The notes under the pieces are model-generated. The model was not told the DNA's origin, did no database searches, and was given only the letters and a program-made list of their open reading frames with translations. 35,852 nucleotides of DNA from positions 1 through 35,852 of the forward strand of contig DAVT01000079.1 of the NCBI GenBank assembly GCA_002505685.1, given 5' to 3'. This document shows positions 24,497-34,000 of the stretch, one piece after another. Numbering within the stretch: position 1 is the stretch's first letter; each line of letters begins with the position of its first letter. This stretch comes from Euryarchaeota archaeon UBA501 (GTDB lineage: Archaea; Thermoplasmatota; Poseidoniia; Poseidoniales; Thalassarchaeaceae). The position numbers and the translations under genes are program-made.

Positions 24497-26523
24497 ACTT
24501 GATCGGTTGAGAAATCGAATGTGCAACTTCCATTGCACGTATCATTGATGATTCCAGTCAGCAAAAACACCTCGACCATCTCATTGACTTGAACGATGGG
24601 TGCAATCTCATTGTGTGCTTTACCAGCGTCACCAATCGGAGGTGCTGCATTTGTTTCAGGCATTGCTTCGTAATCACCATCCCAATATACAATCGCTGAA
24701 CCACTGATGGGCCCATCCGCAATTTCGACTCCATATGGAATGTGCATAGAACCATTGAGAACAGGCATACCCACTGCTCTAGCTGAACGATCGGAAGAAA
24801 GTTCGGGAACCTGAGCGTCGTTTACCGAAATCGTAGACAAGACATTGAATGGTTGGATTTGGTCCCCATACCCGTTTTGTGCGAACCTCAGCCATGTTTC
24901 AGCATCTGTCGCATCCCACATTTGTTGACAAACGGCAATGAGAAGTGCTCGGTCATTCCGTTCGGGATAAGCCGTGGGAAGTTTGAACCCATCAGAGAAT
25001 CGTGCGTAGTTCGTGCTACGCTCAATGAATGTAGAGAATCCTGAACCGCCAACCCACAACGCTGCACGATCTATGTCTGGAGAGAACGCTGTGATACTGG
25101 CGCCGTAAATTCCACCCAGCGAATATCCCATGTAATGAACATCAGAGCTATTGACCAAATTTACATCGTTGTGGTATAGTTCAAGTTTGTCACTACAAAC
25201 ACCCTTGAACGTGCGTGCCAAAGCCATTTGGTTGACCAGCATTTGTTGAAGGCGGTCCGATTGATGCTCAAAGTATTCAGGGTTTCCAAGACCCTCGAAA
25301 ATGGTATCTAAATCCGAACCAGACCATCCGGAGATATCTGTGGCTACCATCGCAACCTCATACTCATCCATCCAACCAATGGCCCAATCAGAAACTGCAC
25401 CTCGTCCGTCTCCAAGGAATCCATGGCCAAACACAACCAAAGGCCCACTCTTATTTTTCTCAGCAAGAACAGAAGGAATCACGAGTGTAAATGGGATTTC
25501 TGCATTTTCGACGAATTGTGGAACCCCATTTGCATCAGTGCTAATCCGACTAGGTGGATTTTGCCATTCAAGATATTGAGGTACAGTGTATGTTCCTTTG
25601 ATTCTGCGGAAATCTAGTTCCGTATCATCCATCCAATCTGTTTCATTCTTTTCGATGGTACAGTCAATCCCGTCATCCCCCAACCTTTCCAACGCATCGG
25701 CTCGCATTGAAAGCATGGGGCCTACAATCGAATCAAGTGAGGCGGTGTGAAATTGCCAAGCGGCCTTGAGATTGGAAGTATTATGTCCAGCATCAGAAAT
25801 CGATGAAATCAAATCCGCCATTGAGCTCTGTCGTGATTCAACATCAGGCGCATTGGTTTCCAATCCATCCAAAATCGCTTGGAAAGCCACTGAAGCCGTG
25901 ACATTCAATCCTGAAATCCCAACTCCATATGCGGTATTGGGGTCCAATTGTACTATGGTTCTGATGAAAACAATTGTCGCGGTTTCGTCATCCGCTCTAG
26001 CATCAATTTCAACCCAATGCGGTACCTTTTCTCCGGAATCCAAGTTCAGCAGAATCGTCGAATGTCCATCTTCTAGTGAAAGACCAATGGAGTGTTGATC
26101 CGCCACTCCGGTCAAATCTGGAAGGGTGCTGAATGCGGTCATAATTTGAGTGGTTGGGCTCATCCCATCCAAGTAGTTGAGCGATTCAATCTGTACGCTT
26201 TCCCCGCGATCTGAAAGGGAACCCGATACTGGTAGAGTATTCTCAGCATAGTTGACTCGAAGACCCGTGACAGTGGAATTATCTTCGCGAAGGAAGGCAT
26301 CTGATGGGAAGGGAAGCATGCAGTGAATCGGATTCAGGTTGTCACAGCCGTTGGTTTGTGGAACAGAGACAATTGAAGGCAAAGGTGTAGCCACTGTTTC
26401 CTCTTCAATAACTTCAACATCTTCAGTTCCTATACAACCGGGTAGCATCAACATGAAAACAAGCACTAGGGCTACAAATCTTCTATCCATGGCACTCCGA
26501 AAGGCAGTGCCATTATCAAACAC
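24484..26523 (-). CDS. Secreted/lipid-anchored alpha/beta-hydrolase-fold protein (putative esterase/lipase-like)
   Basis: 679 aa. Signal peptide with RR and a lipobox-like LPGC (MDRRFVALVLVFMLMLPGCIG), so the internal ATG 26490 may be the true start; the track start at 26523 is GTG. Oxyanion-type VVFGHGF and nucleophile elbow GYSLGG. Confidence 0.7.
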   Translation of the reverse strand: MFDNGTAFRSAMDRRFVALVLVFMLMLPGCIGTEDVEVIEEETVATPLPSIVSVPQTNGCDNLNPIHCMLPFPSDAFLREDNSTVTGLRVNYAENTLPVSGSLSDRGESVQIESLNYLDGMSPTTQIMTAFSTLPDLTGVADQHSIGLSLEDGHSTILLNLDSGEKVPHWVEIDARADDETATIVFIRTIVQLDPNTAYGVGISGLNVTASVAFQAILDGLETNAPDVESRQSSMADLISSISDAGHNTSNLKAAWQFHTASLDSIVGPMLSMRADALERLGDDGIDCTIEKNETDWMDDTELDFRRIKGTYTVPQYLEWQNPPSRISTDANGVPQFVENAEIPFTLVIPSVLAEKNKSGPLVVFGHGFLGDGRGAVSDWAIGWMDEYEVAMVATDISGWSGSDLDTIFEGLGNPEYFEHQSDRLQQMLVNQMALARTFKGVCSDKLELYHNDVNLVNSSDVHYMGYSLGGIYGASITAFSPDIDRAALWVGGSGFSTFIERSTNYARFSDGFKLPTAYPERNDRALLIAVCQQMWDATDAETWLRFAQNGYGDQIQPFNVLSTISVNDAQVPELSSDRSARAVGMPVLNGSMHIPYGVEIADGPISGSAIVYWDGDYEAMPETNAAPPIGDAGKAHNEIAPIVQVNEMVEVFLLTGIINDTCNGSCTFDFSTDQVQWD

Positions 26524-26536
26524 TCCCTACATTTAA

Positions 26537-26635
26537 TCAGAGAATCAATGAACCACATTCGGGACACTTCATTCCTGGGAAAAATACCCCCGGCATGAAA
26601 CCACATTCTGTGCAAATTGACAACACTTCATCCAT
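26537..26635 (-). CDS. Unannotated 32-aa zinc-ribbon micro-protein (CxxC-x12-CxxC)
   Basis: Hand-translated from the minus strand: MDEVLSICTECGFMPGVFFPGMKCPECGSLIL*. It falls below the ORF-track length cutoff. It lies 13 nt upstream of the hydrolase ORF on the same strand. I saw no clear SD. Confidence 0.4.
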   Translation of the reverse strand: MDEVLSICTECGFMPGVFFPGMKCPECGSLIL

Positions 26636-26669
26636 AGGCATCGCACTGGGTGAGGATACTTGAACCCCT

Positions 26670-27587
26670 ATGGGGTTCACAGCGAAGTATATGGTGGGGA
26701 CTCTTTGGTCGGTCAATTGGGGCTGTTATGACATGGGGGACAAAATTCCGTTACCCATGAAGAAGGGCTTCGGTGCAACCGACCGCATCGATGCTTGGTG
26801 GAGGGGTCCTTCCGCCATGGCCTTCTACCTCGGCATCATGGTTGTATACTCAACTTGGCGAGGTTTCATGGAAGCAGATTTCTGGATTTTCGAGGACTTT
26901 GGGAGATCTGCAGGAACACAAACCATGGCCATAGAGAGCAATGGTAGCCATGTTTTGAGTCCCTTATTCAGTCCTCTTATCATTCCAGATGAACATAGTT
27001 GGATGCCAGAGGAAATTTGGTGGCTTTCACCCGCCATGTTCATCCTCATCTTCCCAGCAGGCTTCCGCGGAACTTGCTACTACTACCGAAAGGCATACTA
27101 TCGAGCTTTCTTCCAGCACCCTACTGCTTGTGCTGTCAGCAAACCTTGGAATGCATACAAAGGTGAAACAGGTTTGTTGGTCGTTCAAAATTTGCATCGG
27201 TACTTCATGTATGCAGCCTTAGCTTACCTTCCAATACTTTCCTACGACGTGTGGCTTTCAATCAATTTCCACGAAGGTGATGTTCACACCTACGGAATCA
27301 CTGTTGGTTCACTCGTATTGTTGGTCAACGTGATTATGCTAACCGGATACACGTTGGGTTGTCATGCCTTCCGTCATGTCATTGGAGGTGGTTCGAATGA
27401 TTGGACCTCGACCGGTTTGGCGCGTCTGAAGTACAAAATGTGGAAGTTCAGCACGAAGTTAAACGAGAAGCACAAGGATTGGGCTCTGTACTCCCTGTTT
27501 TGGGTGATGTTCACAGATTTCTACGTCTATGCATGTACAGATCCAATGTTTGGCTGGACCGATTATGTACTATGGGGGGGGCTCTGA
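26670..27587 (+). CDS. sdhC: Succinate dehydrogenase/fumarate reductase membrane anchor, single large cytochrome-b-type subunit (about 5 TM)
   Basis: Its position is immediately upstream of sdhA (TGA then ATG with no gap). Five hydrophobic helices with His candidates (LHRYF, CHAFRH). The start is uncertain, with Met codons at 26670, 26691, 26733 and 26757. Confidence 0.7.
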   Translation: MGFTAKYMVGTLWSVNWGCYDMGDKIPLPMKKGFGATDRIDAWWRGPSAMAFYLGIMVVYSTWRGFMEADFWIFEDFGRSAGTQTMAIESNGSHVLSPLFSPLIIPDEHSWMPEEIWWLSPAMFILIFPAGFRGTCYYYRKAYYRAFFQHPTACAVSKPWNAYKGETGLLVVQNLHRYFMYAALAYLPILSYDVWLSINFHEGDVHTYGITVGSLVLLVNVIMLTGYTLGCHAFRHVIGGGSNDWTSTGLARLKYKMWKFSTKLNEKHKDWALYSLFWVMFTDFYVYACTDPMFGWTDYVLWGGL

Positions 27588-29420
27588 ATGACTGAAGATT
27601 ACACAGTCCACGAATATGATGTCGTCATCATTGGCGCTGGCGGTGCAGGCCTTCGGGCAGCGATAGAAGCCACACGGCTAGGAGTCTCTGTCGCCGTCAT
27701 CTGCAAATCGATGCTCGGTAAGGCACACACCGTGATGGCCGAGGGAGGTGCCGCGGCAGCCCTTGCGAACAAAGACCCCCGCGATTCATGGCAAACTCAT
27801 TTCCGAGATACGATGAAAGGTGGAAAATATCTCAGTGATTGGCGCATGGCTGAGATTCATGCTAAGGAGAGTCCCGATCGGATTCGCGAACTCGAGCAAT
27901 GGGGGGCTATTTTTGATCGCACGCCTGAGGGTTTGACCAATCAGCGTAACTTTGGTGGACACACCTATCCCCGTTTGGCACACATCGGTGATGCGACAGG
28001 TCTTGAACTGATTCGAACTCTACAAGAGCGAGGTATTCACACCGGAATGGAAGTGTTCATGGAATATACTGTTCGACATTTATTCAAGACCGATGGAAGA
28101 GTATCTGGTTGCTTCGCCTACAACAGAGTCGATGGTTCACTACACGTATTCAAAGCCAAATCTACAGTTCTAGCTACTGGCGGTATTACCCGTTGTTGGT
28201 CTGTCTGTTCTGGTTCATGGGAATATACAGGTGAAGGTCACGCACTGGCCTATTGGGCAGGAGCAGAAATGGGTGACATGGAGTTTGTTCAATTCCATCC
28301 TACTGGTATGATTTGGCCTCCAAGCGTCCGAGGTATTCTAGTTACAGAAGGTGTCCGTGGTGAAGGCGGAATGCTAACCAATTCTGAAGGTAAGCGTTTC
28401 ATGTTCAACTACGTACCTGAAATGTACAGGGAAGAATTTGCAGATACCGAGGGTGAGGCAATGGAATGGGTTTCCTCCATCGTTGCCGATGAAACTCCGA
28501 CTGCCCGCAGGCCCCCTGAACTTCTTACTCGTGACGTGGTTGCTAAAGCTATCAACTCAGAAAGAGAGGCCGGGCGGGCAAGCGAGCATGGGGGTGCCTA
28601 CCTTGACATCTCGTGGCGGCCAGAGGAACAGGTCAAGAAGAAACTTCCAGGAATGTATCATCAATTCATGGAATTGGCAGCAGTAGACATTACAAAAGAA
28701 CCAATGGAGGTAGGTCCAACTGCACACTATGTGATGGGTGGTGTCAAAGTTCATCCCGAAACTCAGGAATCTACCGTCCCCGGATTATACGCAGCCGGAG
28801 AGGCAGCAACTGGTTTGCACGGGGCCAATCGACTTGGTGGCAACTCATTGTCGGATCTAATCACATTTGGTAAACGCGCTGGACAATACGCTGCTGAAAG
28901 TGCGAAAGAAATTGAATCATTTGAGCAAATCTCTGAATCTGAAATTGAGAAAATCATTGCTGAAACATTGGCTCCGCTTTCGCGTGAAGGTGGAGAAAAT
29001 CCTGCAAAGGTTGTCGAAGAATTACGCGACTTGATGCAGGAAAAAGTTGGAATTATTCGTCAAGGACATCAACTGGAAGAAGCGCTTGAAGAATTGGAAT
29101 CATTCAGAGAAAGAGAAGCCAGCACTTCACCCGGTGGAACCCGAATCTACAATCCAGGTTGGCACCAAGCACTTGAAATTGGCGCGATGATTGATATCAG
29201 CAAAATGTGCGCAATGGCAGCACTGGCACGGGAAGAGAGTCGAGGTGGGCACACCCGCTTGGATTATCCTACGCCGGACTATTCACACTGGGGGAAAATC
29301 AACAGCGTCATTATCATGAATGAATCCGGTGGAATGGACCTTACACATGTCAATTACCCTCCGATTCCAGATGAATTGAAACAACTGTTAGATGCAGATG
29401 ATCTACACGAGGAGGAGTGA
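27588..29420 (+). CDS. sdhA: Succinate dehydrogenase/fumarate reductase flavoprotein subunit
   Basis: YDVVIIGAGGAGLRAA, FVQFHPTG, GANRLGGNSL and ESRGGHTRLDYP. Confidence 0.95.
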   Translation: MTEDYTVHEYDVVIIGAGGAGLRAAIEATRLGVSVAVICKSMLGKAHTVMAEGGAAAALANKDPRDSWQTHFRDTMKGGKYLSDWRMAEIHAKESPDRIRELEQWGAIFDRTPEGLTNQRNFGGHTYPRLAHIGDATGLELIRTLQERGIHTGMEVFMEYTVRHLFKTDGRVSGCFAYNRVDGSLHVFKAKSTVLATGGITRCWSVCSGSWEYTGEGHALAYWAGAEMGDMEFVQFHPTGMIWPPSVRGILVTEGVRGEGGMLTNSEGKRFMFNYVPEMYREEFADTEGEAMEWVSSIVADETPTARRPPELLTRDVVAKAINSEREAGRASEHGGAYLDISWRPEEQVKKKLPGMYHQFMELAAVDITKEPMEVGPTAHYVMGGVKVHPETQESTVPGLYAAGEAATGLHGANRLGGNSLSDLITFGKRAGQYAAESAKEIESFEQISESEIEKIIAETLAPLSREGGENPAKVVEELRDLMQEKVGIIRQGHQLEEALEELESFREREASTSPGGTRIYNPGWHQALEIGAMIDISKMCAMAALAREESRGGHTRLDYPTPDYSHWGKINSVIIMNESGGMDLTHVNYPPIPDELKQLLDADDLHEEE

Positions 29421-29422
29421 AT

Positions 29423-30187
29423 ATGTCAGAAGATGTCACATTCAGAGTCTTCAGAGGAGAACCTGATGAAGATGATACTCCAACCGGTGAAATGGTTGAC
29501 TATACAGTTGAAATGGATGAGGGAATGGTCGTTCTAGACGTAATACATCGAATTCAAGCTGAACATGCTCCGGATTTGTCTTGCCGCTGGAATTGTAAGG
29601 CAGGTAAATGCGGTTCATGCAGTGCTGAGGTGAATGGTAAACCTCGATTGATGTGCATGACGAGGATGGAAGACATCATGGAAGAAACTCCGGAGAATAC
29701 ACCTGTGGTTGTCAAACCCATGCAAGCATTCCCATTGACGAAAGATTTGGTCACCGACGTTCAGTGGGCCTACGACCTCAACAAGACGATTCCAATGTTA
29801 GATGGTCCCGAAGAAATGGATTGGAGATTCGATCAAAAAGAAGCCGACAGGGTTCAAGAGTTCAGAGCATGTATCGAATGCATGTTGTGTGTCAATACAT
29901 GTCACGTAATGCGAGAGCACCAACTCTGGGATGAATTTGCAGGGCCTAGATTCTTTGTTCGTCTAGCCAACCTTGAGATGCACCCAATGGACCAAGATGA
30001 AACTCGCCTTGAGATGATTAAGGATGACTACGGACTTGGATATTGCAACATTACACGATGTTGTACAGAAGTATGTCCTGCCGGTATCAACATCACAGAT
30101 AATGCAATCATTCCTCTGAAGGAAAGATTGGTGACAGAATACTACGATCCAATTGCAATCATCGCCAAGAAATTGGGACTTCGATAA
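29423..30187 (+). CDS. sdhB: Succinate dehydrogenase/fumarate reductase iron-sulfur subunit
   Basis: [2Fe-2S] motif CRWNCKAGKCGSCSAEVNG...C. Cluster motifs CIECMLCVNTC and CNITRCCTEVCP. ATG 29423 follows GGAGGA (29411-29416). The track's 29417 start is GTG. Confidence 0.93.
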   Translation: MSEDVTFRVFRGEPDEDDTPTGEMVDYTVEMDEGMVVLDVIHRIQAEHAPDLSCRWNCKAGKCGSCSAEVNGKPRLMCMTRMEDIMEETPENTPVVVKPMQAFPLTKDLVTDVQWAYDLNKTIPMLDGPEEMDWRFDQKEADRVQEFRACIECMLCVNTCHVMREHQLWDEFAGPRFFVRLANLEMHPMDQDETRLEMIKDDYGLGYCNITRCCTEVCPAGINITDNAIIPLKERLVTEYYDPIAIIAKKLGLR

Positions 30188-30205
30188 TTGATTAATAATT
30201 CAATT

Positions 30206-30246
30206 AAAAAAAGCCCGCCAGAGGCACCGAAGCGCCTCTGACGGGC
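30206..30246 (-). terminator. Hairpin plus T7 (minus-strand sense) intrinsic-type terminator between convergent sdhB and the MC1 gene; possibly bidirectional
   Basis: Arms 30213-30225 (gcccgccagaggc) and 30234-30246 (gcctctgacgggc) pair at 12 of 13 positions, with an 8-nt loop. The A7 run at 30206-30212 reads as T7 right after the hairpin on the minus strand. The hairpin lies 47 nt downstream of the MC1 stop. Confidence 0.55.
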
Positions 30247-30293
30247 CTGTGTGTTATCTTGTGTTTACCAACTCTAGATTCTTCCGATTCCTA

Positions 30294-30563
30294 TCAAAGG
30301 TGGTCGACGCGTTGCTTCTTGACGTTGGCCTTCTTGATCTGGCCCTTCGCCTTCAGCCACTCCGGCGCAGATGCCGGAGGTGTCACCATTTCGGTCCAGC
30401 CCTTGAAGACGTGAACACGCTTGGTGCCACGCTCTCTCAGGTGGATGTCGGTTGCGCCACGAGTGGCTGCCTTCAAAGCCGCGCCACGAGGCTGGCGACT
30501 TGCGAAGACCTGGCTTGTGTCTTTTCCGCCCTTCATTAGGACGAAGTACTTCTTTTCTCCCAT
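30294..30563 (-). CDS. Archaeal chromatin protein MC1 family
   Basis: 89 aa: MGEKKYFVLMKGGKDTSQVFASRQPRGAALKAATRGATDIHLRERGTKRVHVFKGWTEMV...KKANVKKQRVDHL. It lines up with my memory of Methanosarcina MC1 (NFVL..VFTGKQPRQAALKAANRG..IRLRERGTKKVHVFKAW..FVKKERI). Strong SD: AGAGGTGAAACTCTATG. Confidence 0.82.
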   Translation of the reverse strand: MGEKKYFVLMKGGKDTSQVFASRQPRGAALKAATRGATDIHLRERGTKRVHVFKGWTEMVTPPASAPEWLKAKGQIKKANVKKQRVDHL

Positions 30564-31025
30564 AGAGTTTCACCTCTGGTCCTGACGCTCTTTGGGACCA
30601 CCTTAAGGATTACTCCCGATAAACGCTATACTGCGCCCCAAATTGCAGTTTTTACGATTTTTCGAGTCCCACAAGAAAATCAGGCGCAGCGCCTCGATTA
30701 TACGCCATTGGGCTTTCAAAATCCTCTATATTTCACATCCATCCAGTGATGGCTTAGCAGTGTACCGTTCGTGTTAATTTTGCGATTTATTTTTCCAATG
30801 AATGAATGTATTATCCACTCCAACTGATTCGAAAATTTCTTGGGAAAAAATTAGGGAAAATTAACCTGTACCATGACTCACGTACGCGTAGAGTAGTGGA
30901 TACGTTACAATGATTTAGTTTATCAGAAGTTCTCAATACAGTAAGAAAAGGCGGTTTCCTGAAATTAGATCCAATATTTCGAAACAGGGTCTAATGCAAA
31001 ATCAATAATCAATAATTAATTTTGA

Positions 31026-34000
31026 TTATTCTTCTTCCATAATGCTCAATATTTCAGCTTCTTGTGTATCCACATTCTCTTGTTCTGCCCGATAAATGTC
31101 GATTTGCTCTTGAGTCCATCCGGATCCCAACAATTCTTCATCACTCCATCCTACATTTTCTGTATCGGAAATACCAGCCATTTCTGCAAGACGTTCATCC
31201 GATTCCATTCGATCTTGGCCCGCCCAGGCCTCATCTGGCAACTGTTCGATTTCTTCGATGAATTCTTCTTTACTCCGTGAAAATAGCATGGTTGTGAAAA
31301 TTATGACTAATAGCAATATGGCCACGGTAGTACCGATTACAATTTCATAACTTTCATCCCCGCTTCCTTGTTGAGATGAGTTTTGTTCATCTAGTGGGTT
31401 TACATTTGCTTTCTGAGAATGGATAACCACAGATTCAGTCACAGAGAGTGACGTTTCGTCTAAACAGGCAAAGTATAGCGTGTGATTGGCAGCATCGGTT
31501 CCAGGTGGTGCCCAATCTAGCGTCCACAATCCATCTGTGGAAGGAATGAAAATTTGCGAATAGAGGGTGATGTCATCCTGATCTTTGAGCAGAACTGAAC
31601 ACTCCATGTTTTGGATTCCATCTGCATCGATGATTTCTACAATCAATGTCGAGGAATTTCCTGAAACAAATTCTCTTGGCATTCGGGTGAAATCTAATTC
31701 AGGTTTAGAACCTCGCAATTCAAAAATCAACGTTTCTGAAAGACCGGTAATTCCATCGATATCTCTGAGATTTACTTGTAATTCCACAGAACCTAGTGGC
31801 CACGTCAATAGATAATTTGGCTCTAGGTTGAGCCGGTAATAGTGTGTTTCTTGCCCAGTTCCCGGTGCACAGGATGTAGGCGGGGTTCCCAGTTCAAAGA
31901 ATATTGAACTCAACGAATTTGATAGAGGCCCATTCGGATCTAATCGCATACCTGCATTCTGCACGGGTCTTCCCCCTGCTACTCCAATCCAAATATCCAC
32001 ACCTTCTGCTCCACGATTAATTGAATCGACCGACAAGTCATCTACACACAGTGTAGGTGTCGAAATTTGAGGAGGTGACAAAAACACTGGCCGGGTCCAA
32101 GACCATTCCATTCCATCCCATTTCCCCCCACGAATCTGGGTGGAAATTTCAGCATCTCCTGGTTCTAATCCAGCCGGTGCAGTCACAATTTCCTCCTCAA
32201 GCAACTGCAAGCCTGCGCCTGGCCATAGAATACTCGAGTTCAAATCATATTCAATATCTGGATCATCAGGGTCGCTCACTACAATGAAAATCTGGTCTCC
32301 CCCCCCATCCAAATGATTTTGTTCGGAAATATGCAATTCAGCTATAGGCGGTAAATCAAATGGATTAAGACTACGATTTGACCATTCAACATCTCCTACA
32401 AGTAAAACAACTGAAACAGGTTGAAGGTCCCCTCCAGTTTCTGGTGTCCATGTGGTTTCGTAGCATGTTTTTTCGCCACTGAAACTCGATTGAACGGGAG
32501 GTGTCAATTCTACTCCATCGACGAGGATAGTCGGTCTCTCAGTTTCATTGTTGTGATCTGTATCAATTACACAAGCGGTCATCACATGTTCCTCGCCCCG
32601 TATCCACCCCTCTTGACCGAAAATGGGTTGGTTAAAACCTAGCCAAGGTTCGAGATCGGCATTAGAAACGTGTACTCCAAACCATGTGGCTCTGGCATCG
32701 ATGATTTGGAATGCAGAATCCCAATTGACTTCTGCAGTTTGGTTCTGTAAATCTACGATTACCCATTGTAAATCAACCCGAACAAGTGGAGCATCTACGG
32801 GAATTGAAATTCCAATTTTCCAAACGGTCCCATCGTTTTGAGGAGATGCTGAAATCGAAGTATTTGATGAATCGTTTGTGCCATTGTAGCGCCAAGAAAC
32901 TGTAGCAGAAGCGATTCCAAAATCGTCAGAAACATCGACTTGACAAATGATGATTCCACCTCTTGTTGCAGTCGTTGTATAACAAGTAGTATCTTCGATT
33001 ACAGGTGGACCATTGATACCAATTACGAGGCTTTTCAAATTATTATCCACAATTCTCTCGGGACTTAAATGCGCAGGAATCCACCGAATTAACAACTCGG
33101 AATCTCCGTCTCTAGTTGGGGTGACATTAACCGGCAAGACAAGTCGACTACCGACCTCATTTCCTCCAGGGACTACAACTGAGACATTTGCTAGTAGAAC
33201 GTAGTTCAATCTCTCCCGAATTTCCAAGTAACCATTTGCAACTCCAGGTGCCAGATTTTCCAACAAAACTTCAATCGTGCCATTCTCACCTTCTGACAAT
33301 CGGTTTGGTACCACGACTTCTGAAACATTGATGTCATGTAATCGATCACTATATGCTGCCATTTTTGGGTCTCCAATGACTGTACCCATCCATGAAAGTT
33401 GGACATTTGAAGCGGCATAACATTCCGAAATCGTAAATCCACTAGCATAGCAAGAGAGCAGTTGTTCTGGATTGGATACAGCAGTAAGGTATGGTTCGTA
33501 GACGTATCCCTTGACGCCTGAAACTCCATCATCAAGTAAATCTGACACCAAACTTTGGCCATAACTTGAGTTCATGACAAATGTTCGCCCACCTGTACTG
33601 ACTGCAGTTTCTGCAATACTACCATCCAACCACTCAAAGTGTGGCCGAATCGGATACAATTTGAGTGTATCAAAGAAAATCGAACCATTGTACGTACCAT
33701 CTGAAAATTCAGCCACTTGACGTACTGCCAATTCAGTAGCGTTCATTCCTGGGCGGAATCGGAGTTGTCTCGATTGCCAGTCATCGGAAAAACCTCGTTC
33801 TTGCGATCGATTAAGCGAAACAGAATTTCCATTTTGGTCATAGGCTTCAACTTCCAACCACCAATCTCCTTCAACCCATCCTTCTCGCATGGAATATCCA
33901 TCCATTATCCAGGCGTGTTCGGACAATTCTGAATCGATTTCGAATCGTTGTTCAACGTAAGCGATTGAGTTGTTGGTTGTGTTGAAACTTGGACATATCC

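Noticed and set aside
30249-30573. Two further ORFs (96 aa plus, 99 aa minus) overlapping the MC1 gene
   Set aside because: These are by-products of the locally high GC content. Only the 30294-30563 minus frame gives an MC1-like sequence and has a strong SD.
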